A model generated the notes under the pieces. That model was not told the DNA's origin. It searched no databases and saw only the letters and a list, made by a program, of their open reading frames with translations. Below are positions 35,573 through 45,630 of a stretch of 64,000 bases of DNA, in pieces. The stretch is from a virus, in the IMG/VR virus record IMGVR_UViG_3300045120_000498, positions 32,001 through 96,000 of that record. One strand, given 5' to 3'. The translations under genes and the position numbers were made by a program. Within the stretch, counting starts at the first letter, position 1. Every line of letters begins with the position of its first letter.

Positions 35573-35746
35573 GCAAGCGCCTGATCCGCTTGCGGAACCG
35601 CCGCGCCCGCATCGACTTCGCGCGTGCCCGCGCCTGCCGCTCGAACAGCCCCGTGCTCGGCGGCTGCGGCACCCTCGGATGCTGCGGGTGCACGAGCATC
35701 TTCCCTCGCCGCCGCCGGTACACGTCCGGACCGACCGGCCGCGGCC

Positions 35747-36058
35747 TCACGTCGCCTCCGGCCCGGCGCTCCACGACTTGCCGTCGAACACGAACGCCAG
35801 GACGCCATCGACCGGCGTCAGCGGACCGGGCGCCATCGTCGGCTCGACGCCGCGCAGCCCGCGGTCGGCGAAGTACGCGCTGGCCTCCGGCGTCTCGGCC
35901 AGCGACTCGATGTCGCCACCCTCGATCAGCGCGGACACCTCGCTGTCCGACGTGTAGTGCTCTCGCAACACGTCCAGCGCGTCCTTGTCGTCGCGAAGGA
36001 AGACCGACCGGTACAGGTCGTGCTCGGGGTCAACCAACTGGTACAGAATCGCGGTCAC
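35747..36058 (-). CDS. Hypothetical protein
   Basis: GTG start with GAGGGAG RBS. Confidence 0.65.
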   Translation of the reverse strand: MTAILYQLVDPEHDLYRSVFLRDDKDALDVLREHYTSDSEVSALIEGGDIESLAETPEASAYFADRGLRGVEPTMAPGPLTPVDGVLAFVFDGKSWSAGPEAT

Positions 36059-36129
36059 GGTGTCTCCCTCGTCTCGGTGTGCCCCCGCGCTCGCCACCGA
36101 GACGTGCGAGCGCGGGGACGGGGGGAACT

Positions 36130-36969
36130 CTACGCCGACGCGGCGGCGCGCTTGCGCTTGTTCGCAGCGACCAGCGACGCCTCCAGCGCAGCCATCAGGT
36201 TGTCCGCCGCCTTCTTCGGAGCCGCGGACACCGGCGCCTTGTCGATGGGCTTCCCGGCCGCGGCCTTCGCGATCAACTCGACCCGGCGCTCGCGCACCTC
36301 GTCCGTGAGCGAGTCGATGGCATCGACCGGCTCGGTGTAGGTCGCCACGAGCGCGCGTGCTGCCTCCAGGTGGCGCTTGTCGGAGTCCAGCCCGGCGAGC
36401 GACCCCATCGCCTCGTCGATCTGCCGGAAGTCCTCAGCCCACGCCAGCGTGTTGACGATCAGCCCGTCGCCCTCCGGGTACACGACCGCGAGATGCTGGA
36501 GCGAGCGCGGCATCAGCTTGAACACGCCCGCCATCGCGCCACGCTTCTCGGCGCCCTTCGGGATCGGCTTCAGCGCGTCGAGCAGCAGCCGCAGCGCCGT
36601 CGGCGACGATCCCTTCGCGGGCATCAGGTAGTAGCTGTCGAGCACCCGCGCGCGCGAGATGTCGGCCAGCGGCACGAAGAACTCCACGTCGAACGAGTCG
36701 AGCTTCGTGGCCGCCTCGATGTTCGCGATGGCCTCGTCGGGGATCGGATAGAACGTCCCGTCCTCGTCGCGGAAGCCCTTCGCGATGTCGGCGGCTTCGA
36801 GTGTCTTGCCGGTGTCGGCGTCCACCTCGATCCGCTTCACCGCGGCGCCGCCTTCCTTGGCGCCCCGGTGGAAGTTCACCTCGCCCTTGGTCGTGATCTT
36901 GCGTAGCGCCACGGGCACGTGGAACGTGCCCCCGATGCTCAGTGTGCTGTTCCGCACGGTCGATGCCAT
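36130..36969 (-). CDS. ku: Phage-encoded Ku DNA end-binding protein
   Basis: STLSIGG..VPVAL, VNFH, IAKGF, FDVEFFVP, SYYLMP, QHLAVVYP..GLIVNTL.WAEDFR. Confidence 0.92.
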   Translation of the reverse strand: MASTVRNSTLSIGGTFHVPVALRKITTKGEVNFHRGAKEGGAAVKRIEVDADTGKTLEAADIAKGFRDEDGTFYPIPDEAIANIEAATKLDSFDVEFFVPLADISRARVLDSYYLMPAKGSSPTALRLLLDALKPIPKGAEKRGAMAGVFKLMPRSLQHLAVVYPEGDGLIVNTLAWAEDFRQIDEAMGSLAGLDSDKRHLEAARALVATYTEPVDAIDSLTDEVRERRVELIAKAAAGKPIDKAPVSAAPKKAADNLMAALEASLVAANKRKRAAASA

Positions 36970-36976
36970 GCCGTCC

Positions 36977-37031
36977 CCTTTCCGCGGTCAGTTCCGCTAT
37001 TGATCGGAGTCTAACACACGTTGTGTGTATC
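36977..37031 (-). promoter_or_regulatory. Promoter/operator box + hairpin-SD leader upstream of ku
   Basis: Box 37012-37031; -10 TAGACT. Confidence 0.82.
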
Positions 37032-37404
37032 AGGCGGCCCGGGTCACGTCCGGCAACACGAAGAACCTGCCGAGCGCCATCGTCTGCACCTCGCTCGTCA
37101 CGATCACCTTCACCTGCGTGTCGTAGAAGTACCGGCCCGGGTCGAGCACCGCCGTCTCCCCGGCCGGGATCACCACGTCCACGACGTGGTTGTTCGGCGG
37201 CACTCGGATCGCCATGTCGCCCGCGCCCATCCGCTTCCGGATCACCGCCTGCGAGTCCGGGTCGGCCGGGTCGATCTTCACCGTCAGCCACACCTCGTGC
37301 GTCGTGTCCGCAATCGGGAACGGCTGCATCGTGCCGCTGTCGTCCGGCTTCGCGAGCACCAGCGTGATCGTCGCCGTGTCGCCTCGAAGCACCTCGATGT
37401 CCAC
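37030..37404 (-). CDS. BppU N-terminal-like Ig-fold virion protein
   Basis: RGDTATITL...T..L.PGRYFYDTQV..TSEVQT...GRF.V..DVT. Confidence 0.7.
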   Translation of the reverse strand: MDIEVLRGDTATITLVLAKPDDSGTMQPFPIADTTHEVWLTVKIDPADPDSQAVIRKRMGAGDMAIRVPPNNHVVDVVIPAGETAVLDPGRYFYDTQVKVIVTSEVQTMALGRFFVLPDVTRAA

Positions 37405-40400
37405 TACCGACCTCCCCTGCGCACCGTCACGGTCGTCCCCATCTGGGAGGCGCCGGTCTGCACCGAGACGCCCGCCTGGACGCCGCCGCTCACCGTAGCA
37501 ATCGTGCCTCCGCCGTTGCCGTTCGCGCCGACTCCGGCCAGGACCCGCCCCTCGTCGTCGCTCACCGCGGCGACCACGCCGCCCACCCGGCTGACGATGG
37601 CCTCGACGGTCGGCGTGCCGAACGTCAGTGTGCTGGCGATCCCGTCCGCCTCGATGTGCGCCTCGGTCGCCATCAGCAGGTCGGACTGGGGCGAGAGCAG
37701 GCCCGCGTACGCCGTCGCCAGCGCCCGCCGGATCGCGCTCACCGGCGCGACCGCTCCGCCCAGCGCCTTCCCGGCGGACCGCTTCACCAGGCCGACCGGC
37801 GCCAGCGCGCCGCTGATCAGCAGCGGAACCGCGTGCGACACCGAGTCTGCGCCGGACAGCGGCAGCGCCGCCGTAAACCGCTTCGCGCTCGACTTGACCC
37901 GCGCCCCGGTCGGCGCCAGCGCCCCGGCCAGCGGCTTCCCAACCGACCGCCGCAATGGCGCGGTCAGCGCGAGCGCGCCCGACAAGGCCACCAGGAACGC
38001 GCGTGCCGTCGCCAGCGTCGCCGCAGGCGAGACGCTGCCCGTCATCCGCCGCGCCGTCTGCCGCGTCTCCGTACCCGCCGGAACGGTCGATCCGGTGTAC
38101 CGGGTGGTCGTCGTGCGGATCACGATGCTCGTCGGCGTCGCCGAGCCGACCGTCCTCGGCGTGCTCGCACGACGCATGATCCCGATAGGGTTCAGCGCCG
38201 CCGACAGCGCGACCAGGTACGCCTTCGACGTAGCGAACGTACTGGCCGGAGTGATCGTGCCGGTCGCCTTCTTCGCCGTGTTGCGAGCCACCGCGCCGGT
38301 CGTGCCGACCGCGCCGGTCAGCGGCTTGCCGGTCGAGCGGAACAGGTTGCCGATGGGCGCCAGCGATCCGGCCAGCGCCCGCGTGGTCGAGAACCGCAGC
38401 GTCGCGGCCGGAGTGATCGTCCCGGTCAGCCTCCGCGCGAGCGACCTCGCGACCACACCCGCGGGCGCCACCGTGCCCACGAACGTGCGTGTGAGCTTCC
38501 GCGTCTCCGTCCCGGTCGGCGCGACCAGGGCCGACAGCGCCTTGCCGGTGTTGCGAGCGAGCGTGGCTGCCGGAGCGACGGTGCCGCCCATCGACAGCAG
38601 GAACCCGCGGATCGGCGTCACCGCTCCCGCCGGAGCCAGCGCGCCAGTCATCGTCTTCGTCATCGCGCGCTTCAGCGTCGCGGCTGGAGCGAGCGCCGCC
38701 GTCAGCGCCAGCGCGTAGGCGTGCGACATGGCCGTCACGCTGGCGGTCGGTGTGATCGCGCCGGTCGGCTTCTTGCCCGTCTGCCGCGTCTCCGTACCGG
38801 CCGACGTGATCGCGCCCGCCAGCGAGCGCGGGATCGACTTCGTGGCTACACCGGTCAGACCGAGCGCGGCCGTCAGCGTCCGAGCGAGCGCCCACCGCAG
38901 CGCCGACGTGCCCGGCGTGATCGACCCGCCGACGTTCTTCCGCGTCTGCTGGACGAGCGCCGACGGCCCCGGCGTGATCGCGCCCGCGAACGCCCGCACG
39001 AACGCCCGCGACGCAGCCAGCGTCCCAGCCGGAGTCAGCGTCCCGGCCACGCCGTGCGCGGTCGAGCGGGCCAGCGCACCGACCGACGTGATCGTCCCGG
39101 CCAGCGCGCGCGGGATCGACTTCGTGAGCAGCCCGACGGGAGCCACCGCGCCCGCCGTCTTCTTGCCAGTCTGCCTTGTCTCGACCCCGGCCGGAGTGAT
39201 CGTCCCGGCCATCGGGTGCGACGTGTTGCGAGCGACGACGCCGGTCGGCGAGAGCGTGCCCGCCGTGAGCTTGCCCATCGACCGCTTCTCCACGCCCGCC
39301 GACGTGATCGTCCCGGCCGCCGTCACCGCTCGCGTCAGCGTCCGCGCGAGCACGCCCGCCGACGTGACCGTGCCCGCCATCAGGTGCGTAGTCGAGCGCA
39401 CCTCGGCGCCGGTGGGCGAGAGCGTGCCGCCCGGCGTGATCGGATAGGTCGTCGTCCCAGCGACCTTGTTCGCCGCCAGCGCGCCGGTCGGCGCCGTCGA
39501 GCCGGTCAGCGTCCGCGTGATCGAGTAGGCGTCCGCGCTCGGCCCCGGCGTGACCGTCCCGGTCAGCGTGCGTGCCCACTGCCGCGTCTCCACGCCAACG
39601 GGAGTGACCGCCGCGTCCGGAGCCACCCACCCAGTCCGGGCCGCCGTGGCGGACCCGCCGCGGAACACGTCCACCCGCGCGGTCGTGTCACCGAACTCGA
39701 ACGCGAACCGGCCCGCCACCGGAGGGATCAGCGTGTTCGTCGCGGTCAGCACCAGCGACCAGCCGCCCGACCTGGTGAAGCGGTAGAAGTCAATCTTCGG
39801 GCCGACCTGCCGCACGCCCACCGTATCGCCCGCCGCGAACGGAACCGCCGCGGATGCCAGCACGCCGGTGTCGGCCCCGCCCACGTTGCCGCGCAACTCC
39901 CACGTGAAGTTCGGCGACCCCTGCACGAGCCGCAGCGCGTACGCCGTGAACGTCGAGCCGGGGTTCGCGATGCCCCACCAGAACTTGACGTACGACGCCG
40001 CCGTCGGCAGCACCGGCACCTCGAACTGGTAGTCGAACGGCGGCGAGTGAGTGATCAGGCCGCGGACACCGCCGCTCGCTGCCCCCGCCGCCATCCGCAG
40101 CGCCGAGACGTTCACGTTCGCGATCCCGTCGTTCGCCGAGACGGTGTTCCAAATCCCGGGGCCGCCAACGTCCACCGTGCCGTTCGCGCGGTCGAAGTCG
40201 TCCAGCGTCGTTGACTTGGACGGATACCTGCCGACCCGCGTGTACGCCCCCGTCGGCCCGCCGCTCGTGAGCGTGCCAGTGAACGTCCGCGCCCACGACT
40301 TCGCGAGCGCACCGACCGGCGACACCGCACCCGTCAGCAGCCGCGCCAGCGACTTCGCCAGCACGCTCGCTGGCGTGATCGTGCCCGCCAGCGGCTTGCC

Positions 40401-43400
40401 GATCTGCCGCGACTCCACGCCCGCGGGAGTGATCGTCCCCGCGAACGCGCGCAGGAACGCGCGCGACGCCGCCAGCACACCCGCAGGCGTGATCGTGCCC
40501 CCGAGCGGCGTGCCCTTCGTGATCGCCTTCGTCGGCGCACCGGCAGGCGTCACCGTCCCCGCGAGCGCCCGCACGACCGACTTCGCCAGCACGCCCGCAG
40601 GCGTCACCGTTCCCGCCGGAGGCTGCGTGCCCGTGGTCCCCTTGCCGACCAGCCAGGTGTCCGCGCTCGGCCCCGGCGTGATCGTGCCGCCAACGCTGAT
40701 CGGGTTCGTGACTCCCGTGACGACCGAGCCGCCGCCGAAGTCGTCGTACGTGGCCGAGGCGTCGTTCGTCCGGAACCCGATCCGCGTGCCGGTCGTCAGC
40801 GACGCATCGAGGACGCTCCCGATCACGTTCCACGCGCCCGCTCCGCCCGTCTGCTTGTAGACCGTGATGGTCGATCCGTACGCGCGGATGCCCACCTTGT
40901 CCCCGGCCGAGATGCCCCCGTTGAACGTCCCCAGCGTCGTGTACGTGCTCGGGCCGACGAACTTCTGGATCACGAACTGCCCGAGGCCGCCGTCGCCGGA
41001 CGGGTTGAACCACAACAGGTACGCCGTCGCGGACGTTGTGCCCGGGTTCGCGATCCGGACGTACAACTCGAACTGGTTCGGGAACGACGTGACGCACGTC
41101 AGGTACGCCTCGCAGTCGCTTGGGAACGTGGCCGCCGACCAGTAGTTCGACGACGGACTCGCGCCGCTCATCACGTTCGACGCGACGTTCATGCCGGTCG
41201 CCGCGTTGCCGATGGCGTTCGCTATCCAGTTGCCGGACGCCGCCAGCGTCGCGTTCGCGCGGTTGAAGTTGTCCAGCACCGACGTTGCCGGGAACGCGCC
41301 GCCGCTCGCCGGAGGCGTCAGCGTGTACGTGACCGCGACGCGGACGTAATCGAGCAGAACTTCCGTGACCGCCGACGTGGACGAGCCGGTGTTCGGCTTC
41401 ACGCCGATCCGCAGCTTGACCGGCCTGCTGGACGGGTCGAGCAGCCCGGTCTGATTCGCGCCGTCCGCACCCGCGTAGGTCGTGATGGCCGTGAACGCGG
41501 CGGGCGACGCCGAGAGCGTCTTCCGGACAGTCGTCCCCGCGCCGTCGCGAAGCTCGGCCGGACCGACCGTCGAAGATGCACCGGTCGTGTACGTCAGGCA
41601 TTGCCAGTCGTAGTCCAACTCGCACGCCGTGACGAGCGCGCCGGGAGGGACGCCCAGGTCCTCCCAGGTGCCCGTCCACTCCCAGTACGGCGTGCCGTCC
41701 GAAAGGCTCTTGCCGTTGCGGCGCGCGGAGAGGTTGCCGTTGATTGTGCTGCTCAACGGCTCATTGGGCGAGTCGGCGACGCCGCTCCACGCGCCCGTCA
41801 GGCCGGTGCCGCCGCCCGCGTTGAACACCCATCCCTCTAGCCCGGCGGTGAACGTGAACGGCGCGTCCATAGTCTGGACGAGCGACCCGGAAGCCTGATT
41901 CCATAGGCTCGGCGTGGCGCTCGACGACGCCGCGGCCCCGGCAGAGACGATCACCAGGAACTTCTCGCCTGGTGTCACGGTGATCGCCGTCGTCTTGCCG
42001 TACCCACCGCCGCCGCCACCCGCGCCGCTCGTGGTGGTCGATCCACCCTGCCCGCTGCCGCCAGGTCCCCAGACTTCGATGTCAATGCTGGTGTGTCCAG
42101 CCGCGACGGTGTGCACGTAGATGCCCGGCGTCGAGTACGTGGTGCCGTCCACGATCACCTTGCCAGCACTGCCAGCACCGCCACCCGCGAAGGTCGAGCC
42201 GTTGCTACCACCACCGGCGCCGCCGCCACCCGGTGCCGTTCCCGCGGCCGCAGCGCCAATGCCGATCACGCCGGAGCCGCCAGCGCCACCACCCGCCACC
42301 GCGACACCGCCAGCACCGCCCGCCGCACCGGTCGCGCCCGGGTTGCCACCCGCCGCTGTGCCCGCGCTGCCGCCGCCACCACCACCCGCCTGAGCGGAGG
42401 TTCCAGCCGCGCCGCCAGCGCCGCCTAGCCGAGGGGAGGCAGCCGAAGCACTGCCCGCCGTCGTGGGACCACTGGCCGATCCACCGCCTGTCGCGAGAAT
42501 GAGGAGCGCGCCAGCCAGAACGTACGTCGATCCGCCAGTAGCGCCAGCACCGGTAGTCCCCGGAAGGACGCAGGTCAGTCGTTGACCCGGCGTGACCGCG
42601 ATGGTCGTTTTCGCGTACGCGCCGCCGCCGCCACCGGAACCGGCGGAAACGTTCGTCACGCCAGCAGACCCGCCGCCACCGGCACCCCAGCACTCGATCA
42701 CGAGCGACGTGACACCGGCCGGAACCTGATAAGGACCCGTGCTGCTGACGGAGACGCCGTTCATGAGACACTTGCCGGGGAACGCCGCGGCCCCACCGGC
42801 CGCCGTAGTGGCGGTGCTACCGCCACCAGCAGCGCCACCGCCACCCGATGAGCCTGACCCACCCGCGCCGCCGCTCGTACCGCTGCCGCCTGCGACGCCA
42901 CCCGTTACAGCCGCGCCACCAGCGCCGCCCGCCAAAGAGGTTGCGCCCGGGTTCCCGTTCGCGGCCGTACCCGCGCTGCCGCCGCCGCCGCCACCCGTCG
43001 TCGTACCGGTCGCGCTTCTACCCGCACCGCCAGCCCCGCCCGAGAACGCCACGTCGCCGACGCACGACGCCGCCAGGCCACCCGCACCGCCCGTCAGGCC
43101 GACCGCGCCACCGCCACCGACCGCTCGGCACAGCAGATTGCCGACCGTGACCGGGGCGTAGTCAACGCTCGTCGCGACGTTGGCACCTGGATTGGTACTG
43201 GCAGTCACGGCCCCGGCGACGACCACCGTCAGCCTCGTGCCAGGCGTGACCGTCAGCGTCTTCTTCGCGTAGGCACCGCCACCGCCGCCCTGCCCGGAGG
43301 TAACGCCCGTCGTCCCCTTGCCGCCGGAACCGCCGCCAGCCCAGCACTCGATCACGATGGACGTGACGCCCGCAGCGACGGTGTGCGTGAACGTCAGCAC

Positions 43401-43775
43401 CCCGCCCGTCGCGTTGTCGTACGTGGTGCCGTCTACGATGGCCCGGCCTGCGGCACCGTTGCCGCCAGCGGACGAACCGGCCGTGTTACCACCAGCACCG
43501 CCGCCGCCCGGCGCAGTCCCCGCCCCGCCCACACCGGCGGTACTGCTGCCGCCAGCGAAGCCACCGGTCGGAGCCGCGCCGCCCGCACCGCCGGAAGCGC
43601 CGCCCGCCGCGCCGTTGTTGCCGTTCGATGCAGTGCCCGCGCTAGAGCCGCCGCCGCCGCCATTACCGGACGCCGCAGCAGCACCGCCCGAGCCACCCGC
43701 GAACACCACGTCGCCGATGGACGCCGCCGCAGTGCCGCCCGCGGCACCCGCAGGACCGGCAGCGAGGCAGATCAT
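37404..43775 (-). CDS. 2123-aa virion fibre: Gly-rich repeats, lectin-like beta-sandwiches, ~43 basic 18-aa repeats
   Basis: Repeated VIECWxxGGxG...GGGGGAYAK units; LDNFNRAN/LDDFDRAN domains; LAGTITPAG repeats. Confidence 0.85.
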   Translation of the reverse strand: MICLAAGPAGAAGGTAAASIGDVVFAGGSGGAAAASGNGGGGGSSAGTASNGNNGAAGGASGGAGGAAPTGGFAGGSSTAGVGGAGTAPGGGGAGGNTAGSSAGGNGAAGRAIVDGTTYDNATGGVLTFTHTVAAGVTSIVIECWAGGGSGGKGTTGVTSGQGGGGGAYAKKTLTVTPGTRLTVVVAGAVTASTNPGANVATSVDYAPVTVGNLLCRAVGGGGAVGLTGGAGGLAASCVGDVAFSGGAGGAGRSATGTTTGGGGGGSAGTAANGNPGATSLAGGAGGAAVTGGVAGGSGTSGGAGGSGSSGGGGAAGGGSTATTAAGGAAAFPGKCLMNGVSVSSTGPYQVPAGVTSLVIECWGAGGGGSAGVTNVSAGSGGGGGAYAKTTIAVTPGQRLTCVLPGTTGAGATGGSTYVLAGALLILATGGGSASGPTTAGSASAASPRLGGAGGAAGTSAQAGGGGGGSAGTAAGGNPGATGAAGGAGGVAVAGGGAGGSGVIGIGAAAAGTAPGGGGAGGGSNGSTFAGGGAGSAGKVIVDGTTYSTPGIYVHTVAAGHTSIDIEVWGPGGSGQGGSTTTSGAGGGGGGYGKTTAITVTPGEKFLVIVSAGAAASSSATPSLWNQASGSLVQTMDAPFTFTAGLEGWVFNAGGGTGLTGAWSGVADSPNEPLSSTINGNLSARRNGKSLSDGTPYWEWTGTWEDLGVPPGALVTACELDYDWQCLTYTTGASSTVGPAELRDGAGTTVRKTLSASPAAFTAITTYAGADGANQTGLLDPSSRPVKLRIGVKPNTGSSTSAVTEVLLDYVRVAVTYTLTPPASGGAFPATSVLDNFNRANATLAASGNWIANAIGNAATGMNVASNVMSGASPSSNYWSAATFPSDCEAYLTCVTSFPNQFELYVRIANPGTTSATAYLLWFNPSGDGGLGQFVIQKFVGPSTYTTLGTFNGGISAGDKVGIRAYGSTITVYKQTGGAGAWNVIGSVLDASLTTGTRIGFRTNDASATYDDFGGGSVVTGVTNPISVGGTITPGPSADTWLVGKGTTGTQPPAGTVTPAGVLAKSVVRALAGTVTPAGAPTKAITKGTPLGGTITPAGVLAASRAFLRAFAGTITPAGVESRQIGKPLAGTITPASVLAKSLARLLTGAVSPVGALAKSWARTFTGTLTSGGPTGAYTRVGRYPSKSTTLDDFDRANGTVDVGGPGIWNTVSANDGIANVNVSALRMAAGAASGGVRGLITHSPPFDYQFEVPVLPTAASYVKFWWGIANPGSTFTAYALRLVQGSPNFTWELRGNVGGADTGVLASAAVPFAAGDTVGVRQVGPKIDFYRFTRSGGWSLVLTATNTLIPPVAGRFAFEFGDTTARVDVFRGGSATAARTGWVAPDAAVTPVGVETRQWARTLTGTVTPGPSADAYSITRTLTGSTAPTGALAANKVAGTTTYPITPGGTLSPTGAEVRSTTHLMAGTVTSAGVLARTLTRAVTAAGTITSAGVEKRSMGKLTAGTLSPTGVVARNTSHPMAGTITPAGVETRQTGKKTAGAVAPVGLLTKSIPRALAGTITSVGALARSTAHGVAGTLTPAGTLAASRAFVRAFAGAITPGPSALVQQTRKNVGGSITPGTSALRWALARTLTAALGLTGVATKSIPRSLAGAITSAGTETRQTGKKPTGAITPTASVTAMSHAYALALTAALAPAATLKRAMTKTMTGALAPAGAVTPIRGFLLSMGGTVAPAATLARNTGKALSALVAPTGTETRKLTRTFVGTVAPAGVVARSLARRLTGTITPAATLRFSTTRALAGSLAPIGNLFRSTGKPLTGAVGTTGAVARNTAKKATGTITPASTFATSKAYLVALSAALNPIGIMRRASTPRTVGSATPTSIVIRTTTTRYTGSTVPAGTETRQTARRMTGSVSPAATLATARAFLVALSGALALTAPLRRSVGKPLAGALAPTGARVKSSAKRFTAALPLSGADSVSHAVPLLISGALAPVGLVKRSAGKALGGAVAPVSAIRRALATAYAGLLSPQSDLLMATEAHIEADGIASTLTFGTPTVEAIVSRVGGVVAAVSDDEGRVLAGVGANGNGGGTIATVSGGVQAGVSVQTGASQMGTTVTVRRGGR
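37650..40720 (-). repeat. ~43 degenerate ~54-nt (18-aa) coding repeats
   Basis: Consensus approx. L-A-G-T-I-T-P-A-G-x-L-x-R-S-x-x-K/R-x. Confidence 0.8.
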
Positions 43776-44044
43776 CCGTCAGCCTCCAGCCCAGCGCCGA
43801 GTCCGTCAGCCCGCTTCCCCTGCCGGTAGCTGATCGCAAGCTCCGTGCTCCAGATCGGGTTCACGCCGACGCTCACGACCCCGAACGCGAAGTGCACGTC
43901 CACGTACGGACCGAACCTGATCCCCTCCCGCGCCGTGACGCGGCGGTGCCAGTCCACGTGCACGCCCGGCAGGATCGTGAAGCCCTGCGACAAGCACCAG
44001 TGCGCCGCCCACCAGGAGCCGTGCCGGGAATGCCAACCGGCCAT
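43772..44044 (-). CDS. Trp/His-rich hypothetical protein inside the fibre module
   Basis: ORF track; overlaps fibre ATG. Confidence 0.55.
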   Translation of the reverse strand: MAGWHSRHGSWWAAHWCLSQGFTILPGVHVDWHRRVTAREGIRFGPYVDVHFAFGVVSVGVNPIWSTELAISYRQGKRADGLGAGLEADG

Positions 44045-44063
44045 GCTCCGGCGCCGCTAGCGC

Positions 44064-44777
44064 CTAGCCGCCCGCGGCGACGGTCAGGTCGTACGTCGCG
44101 GCGATGCTATCGCCGGACGACAGCGTGATCGCGGCGAACACCGTCCGGTCGAGCAGCGTGCCCGCCGTCGCGGCGCTGAACACGCCGTGCTCGCGGATCG
44201 CGGCGCCCGGCGTGGCGTCCACGGTGACGGTGCCGATGGTGCGGTAGACGGTCGCGCCGTTGTTCGTCTGGGAGCCGGTCGGCCGGGTGTTGTCCGGCGC
44301 GTACTCGGTCGTCAGTTCCGTCACCAGCGTGGTGTCGCCCGCGGCCTCCGCGGTGGAGCCGGTGCCGATCCCGTGGAACTTGAAGTTCGTCCCCGTCGTC
44401 ACGTCGTTCGCGCGCAGGAAATCGACGATCTTCGTCACGCCCGCCGTCGTCACGACCTTGTGGCCGACCAGGCCCAGGTCGAACCGCAGACCGTCCTCGC
44501 GGATCACTTCCAGGTACAGCGAGCCGTAGATCACGACCGCGCCGACCGCTCGCGCGGCGGCGACCTTCCGCAGCGAGCGCAGGTACAGCGGCATGTTCGC
44601 CGCGCGCCACCGGAACACGTCCGGCGTCAGGCCCGGCGTCGGCATCGACTGGCCCAGCATCTCGCGGACGGTCAGCGGCCGCTCGGGCAGCACCCGCTCC
44701 ATCGGCTCGATGACGCGGCCCGGCCGCTCGACCACGAGCGCCAGCCCTCCGCTCATGTTCGCCTCGCCTCCGTACAT
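44064..44777 (-). CDS. Virion structural protein (tail-collar/fibre-attachment-like)
   Basis: VVTTAG...HGIGTGSTAEAAGDTTLVTE...IREHGVFSAATAGTLLDRTVF. Confidence 0.7.
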   Translation of the reverse strand: MYGGEANMSGGLALVVERPGRVIEPMERVLPERPLTVREMLGQSMPTPGLTPDVFRWRAANMPLYLRSLRKVAAARAVGAVVIYGSLYLEVIREDGLRFDLGLVGHKVVTTAGVTKIVDFLRANDVTTGTNFKFHGIGTGSTAEAAGDTTLVTELTTEYAPDNTRPTGSQTNNGATVYRTIGTVTVDATPGAAIREHGVFSAATAGTLLDRTVFAAITLSSGDSIAATYDLTVAAGG

Positions 44778-44982
44778 GGCCCGTCCTCCTACGTGTTCGG
44801 CTGAACGACCTGCGCGTCGTCGGCAGGCTCGGCCTCGGGTTCGCGTCGCGCTATCTCGGCGCCGATGGCCTGGACCTTCTCGCGGGCCGCCTCCCGCTCA
44901 TCCATCGCCTCAGTGAGTGCATCTGCCAGTTCGGCATCGCTCAGGTCATCGAGCGCCATCCGAGCCAGTATGACAGCCGGAG

Positions 44983-45387
44983 CTACAGGGCGAAGATGCG
45001 CGAGCTTCCGGCGTCCCACGAGATGATGATGTTGCCGCCGTTCGGGGTCACCGAGAACCCGTCGATGTACGCCACCAGGTCGCTCGTCGCCTCGGTGCCG
45101 GTGTCCTTGAACAGCAGGATCGCCTCCGACGGGTCACCCGTCACGGCCGTCAGCGTCGTGTCCGCCGCGTCGAACACGCCCGGCGACGGCTGATTGATCG
45201 TCCTCGACGCGAGCGCGGTCGGCGTCCCCACCCGCGCGGCGACCGCCACGTCGTTCAGGAAGTCGTGCGCGGTCGAGAACGTGTAGTCCGCGCTGTCGAT
45301 CAGCACGCACTTGATCCCGGCGTCGTTCTCCAGGTCGATGCCTGCCGTCAGCAACAGCGCCTTCACACTCGGGTACAGGTCCGACAT
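44983..45387 (-). CDS. Conserved virion structural protein
   Basis: VFDAAD...DTG..ATS.L.AYID...TPNGGNI.I.W..G..RIFAL family. Confidence 0.75.
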   Translation of the reverse strand: MSDLYPSVKALLLTAGIDLENDAGIKCVLIDSADYTFSTAHDFLNDVAVAARVGTPTALASRTINQPSPGVFDAADTTLTAVTGDPSEAILLFKDTGTEATSDLVAYIDGFSVTPNGGNIIISWDAGSSRIFAL

Positions 45388-45630
45388 GCGTCGGATGATA
45401 CGCAAACCGTCACTCAGGCGTGGTTCAGCGGGCGGCCCAGATCAGGCTGCGACATCGCCTCGAACCGCCTGCCCTGCACCCGGCCGCGGTAGTAGAACGA
45501 CGGGGCCGCCGGGACCACGCCCGGGCACCATCGCTCCGTCGGCGTCTGCCACGGGCACAGCCATTCATGCGCTGCGTGCGGCTCCATCTTCAGGCACCGC
45601 AGCATCGACGGCCGCGTGTCGAGCATCGGC

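Noticed and set aside
41900-43775. PE-PGRS-like host gene
   Set aside because: No PE domain; the Gly-rich units are interspersed with beta-domains typical of phage fibres in a structural module.
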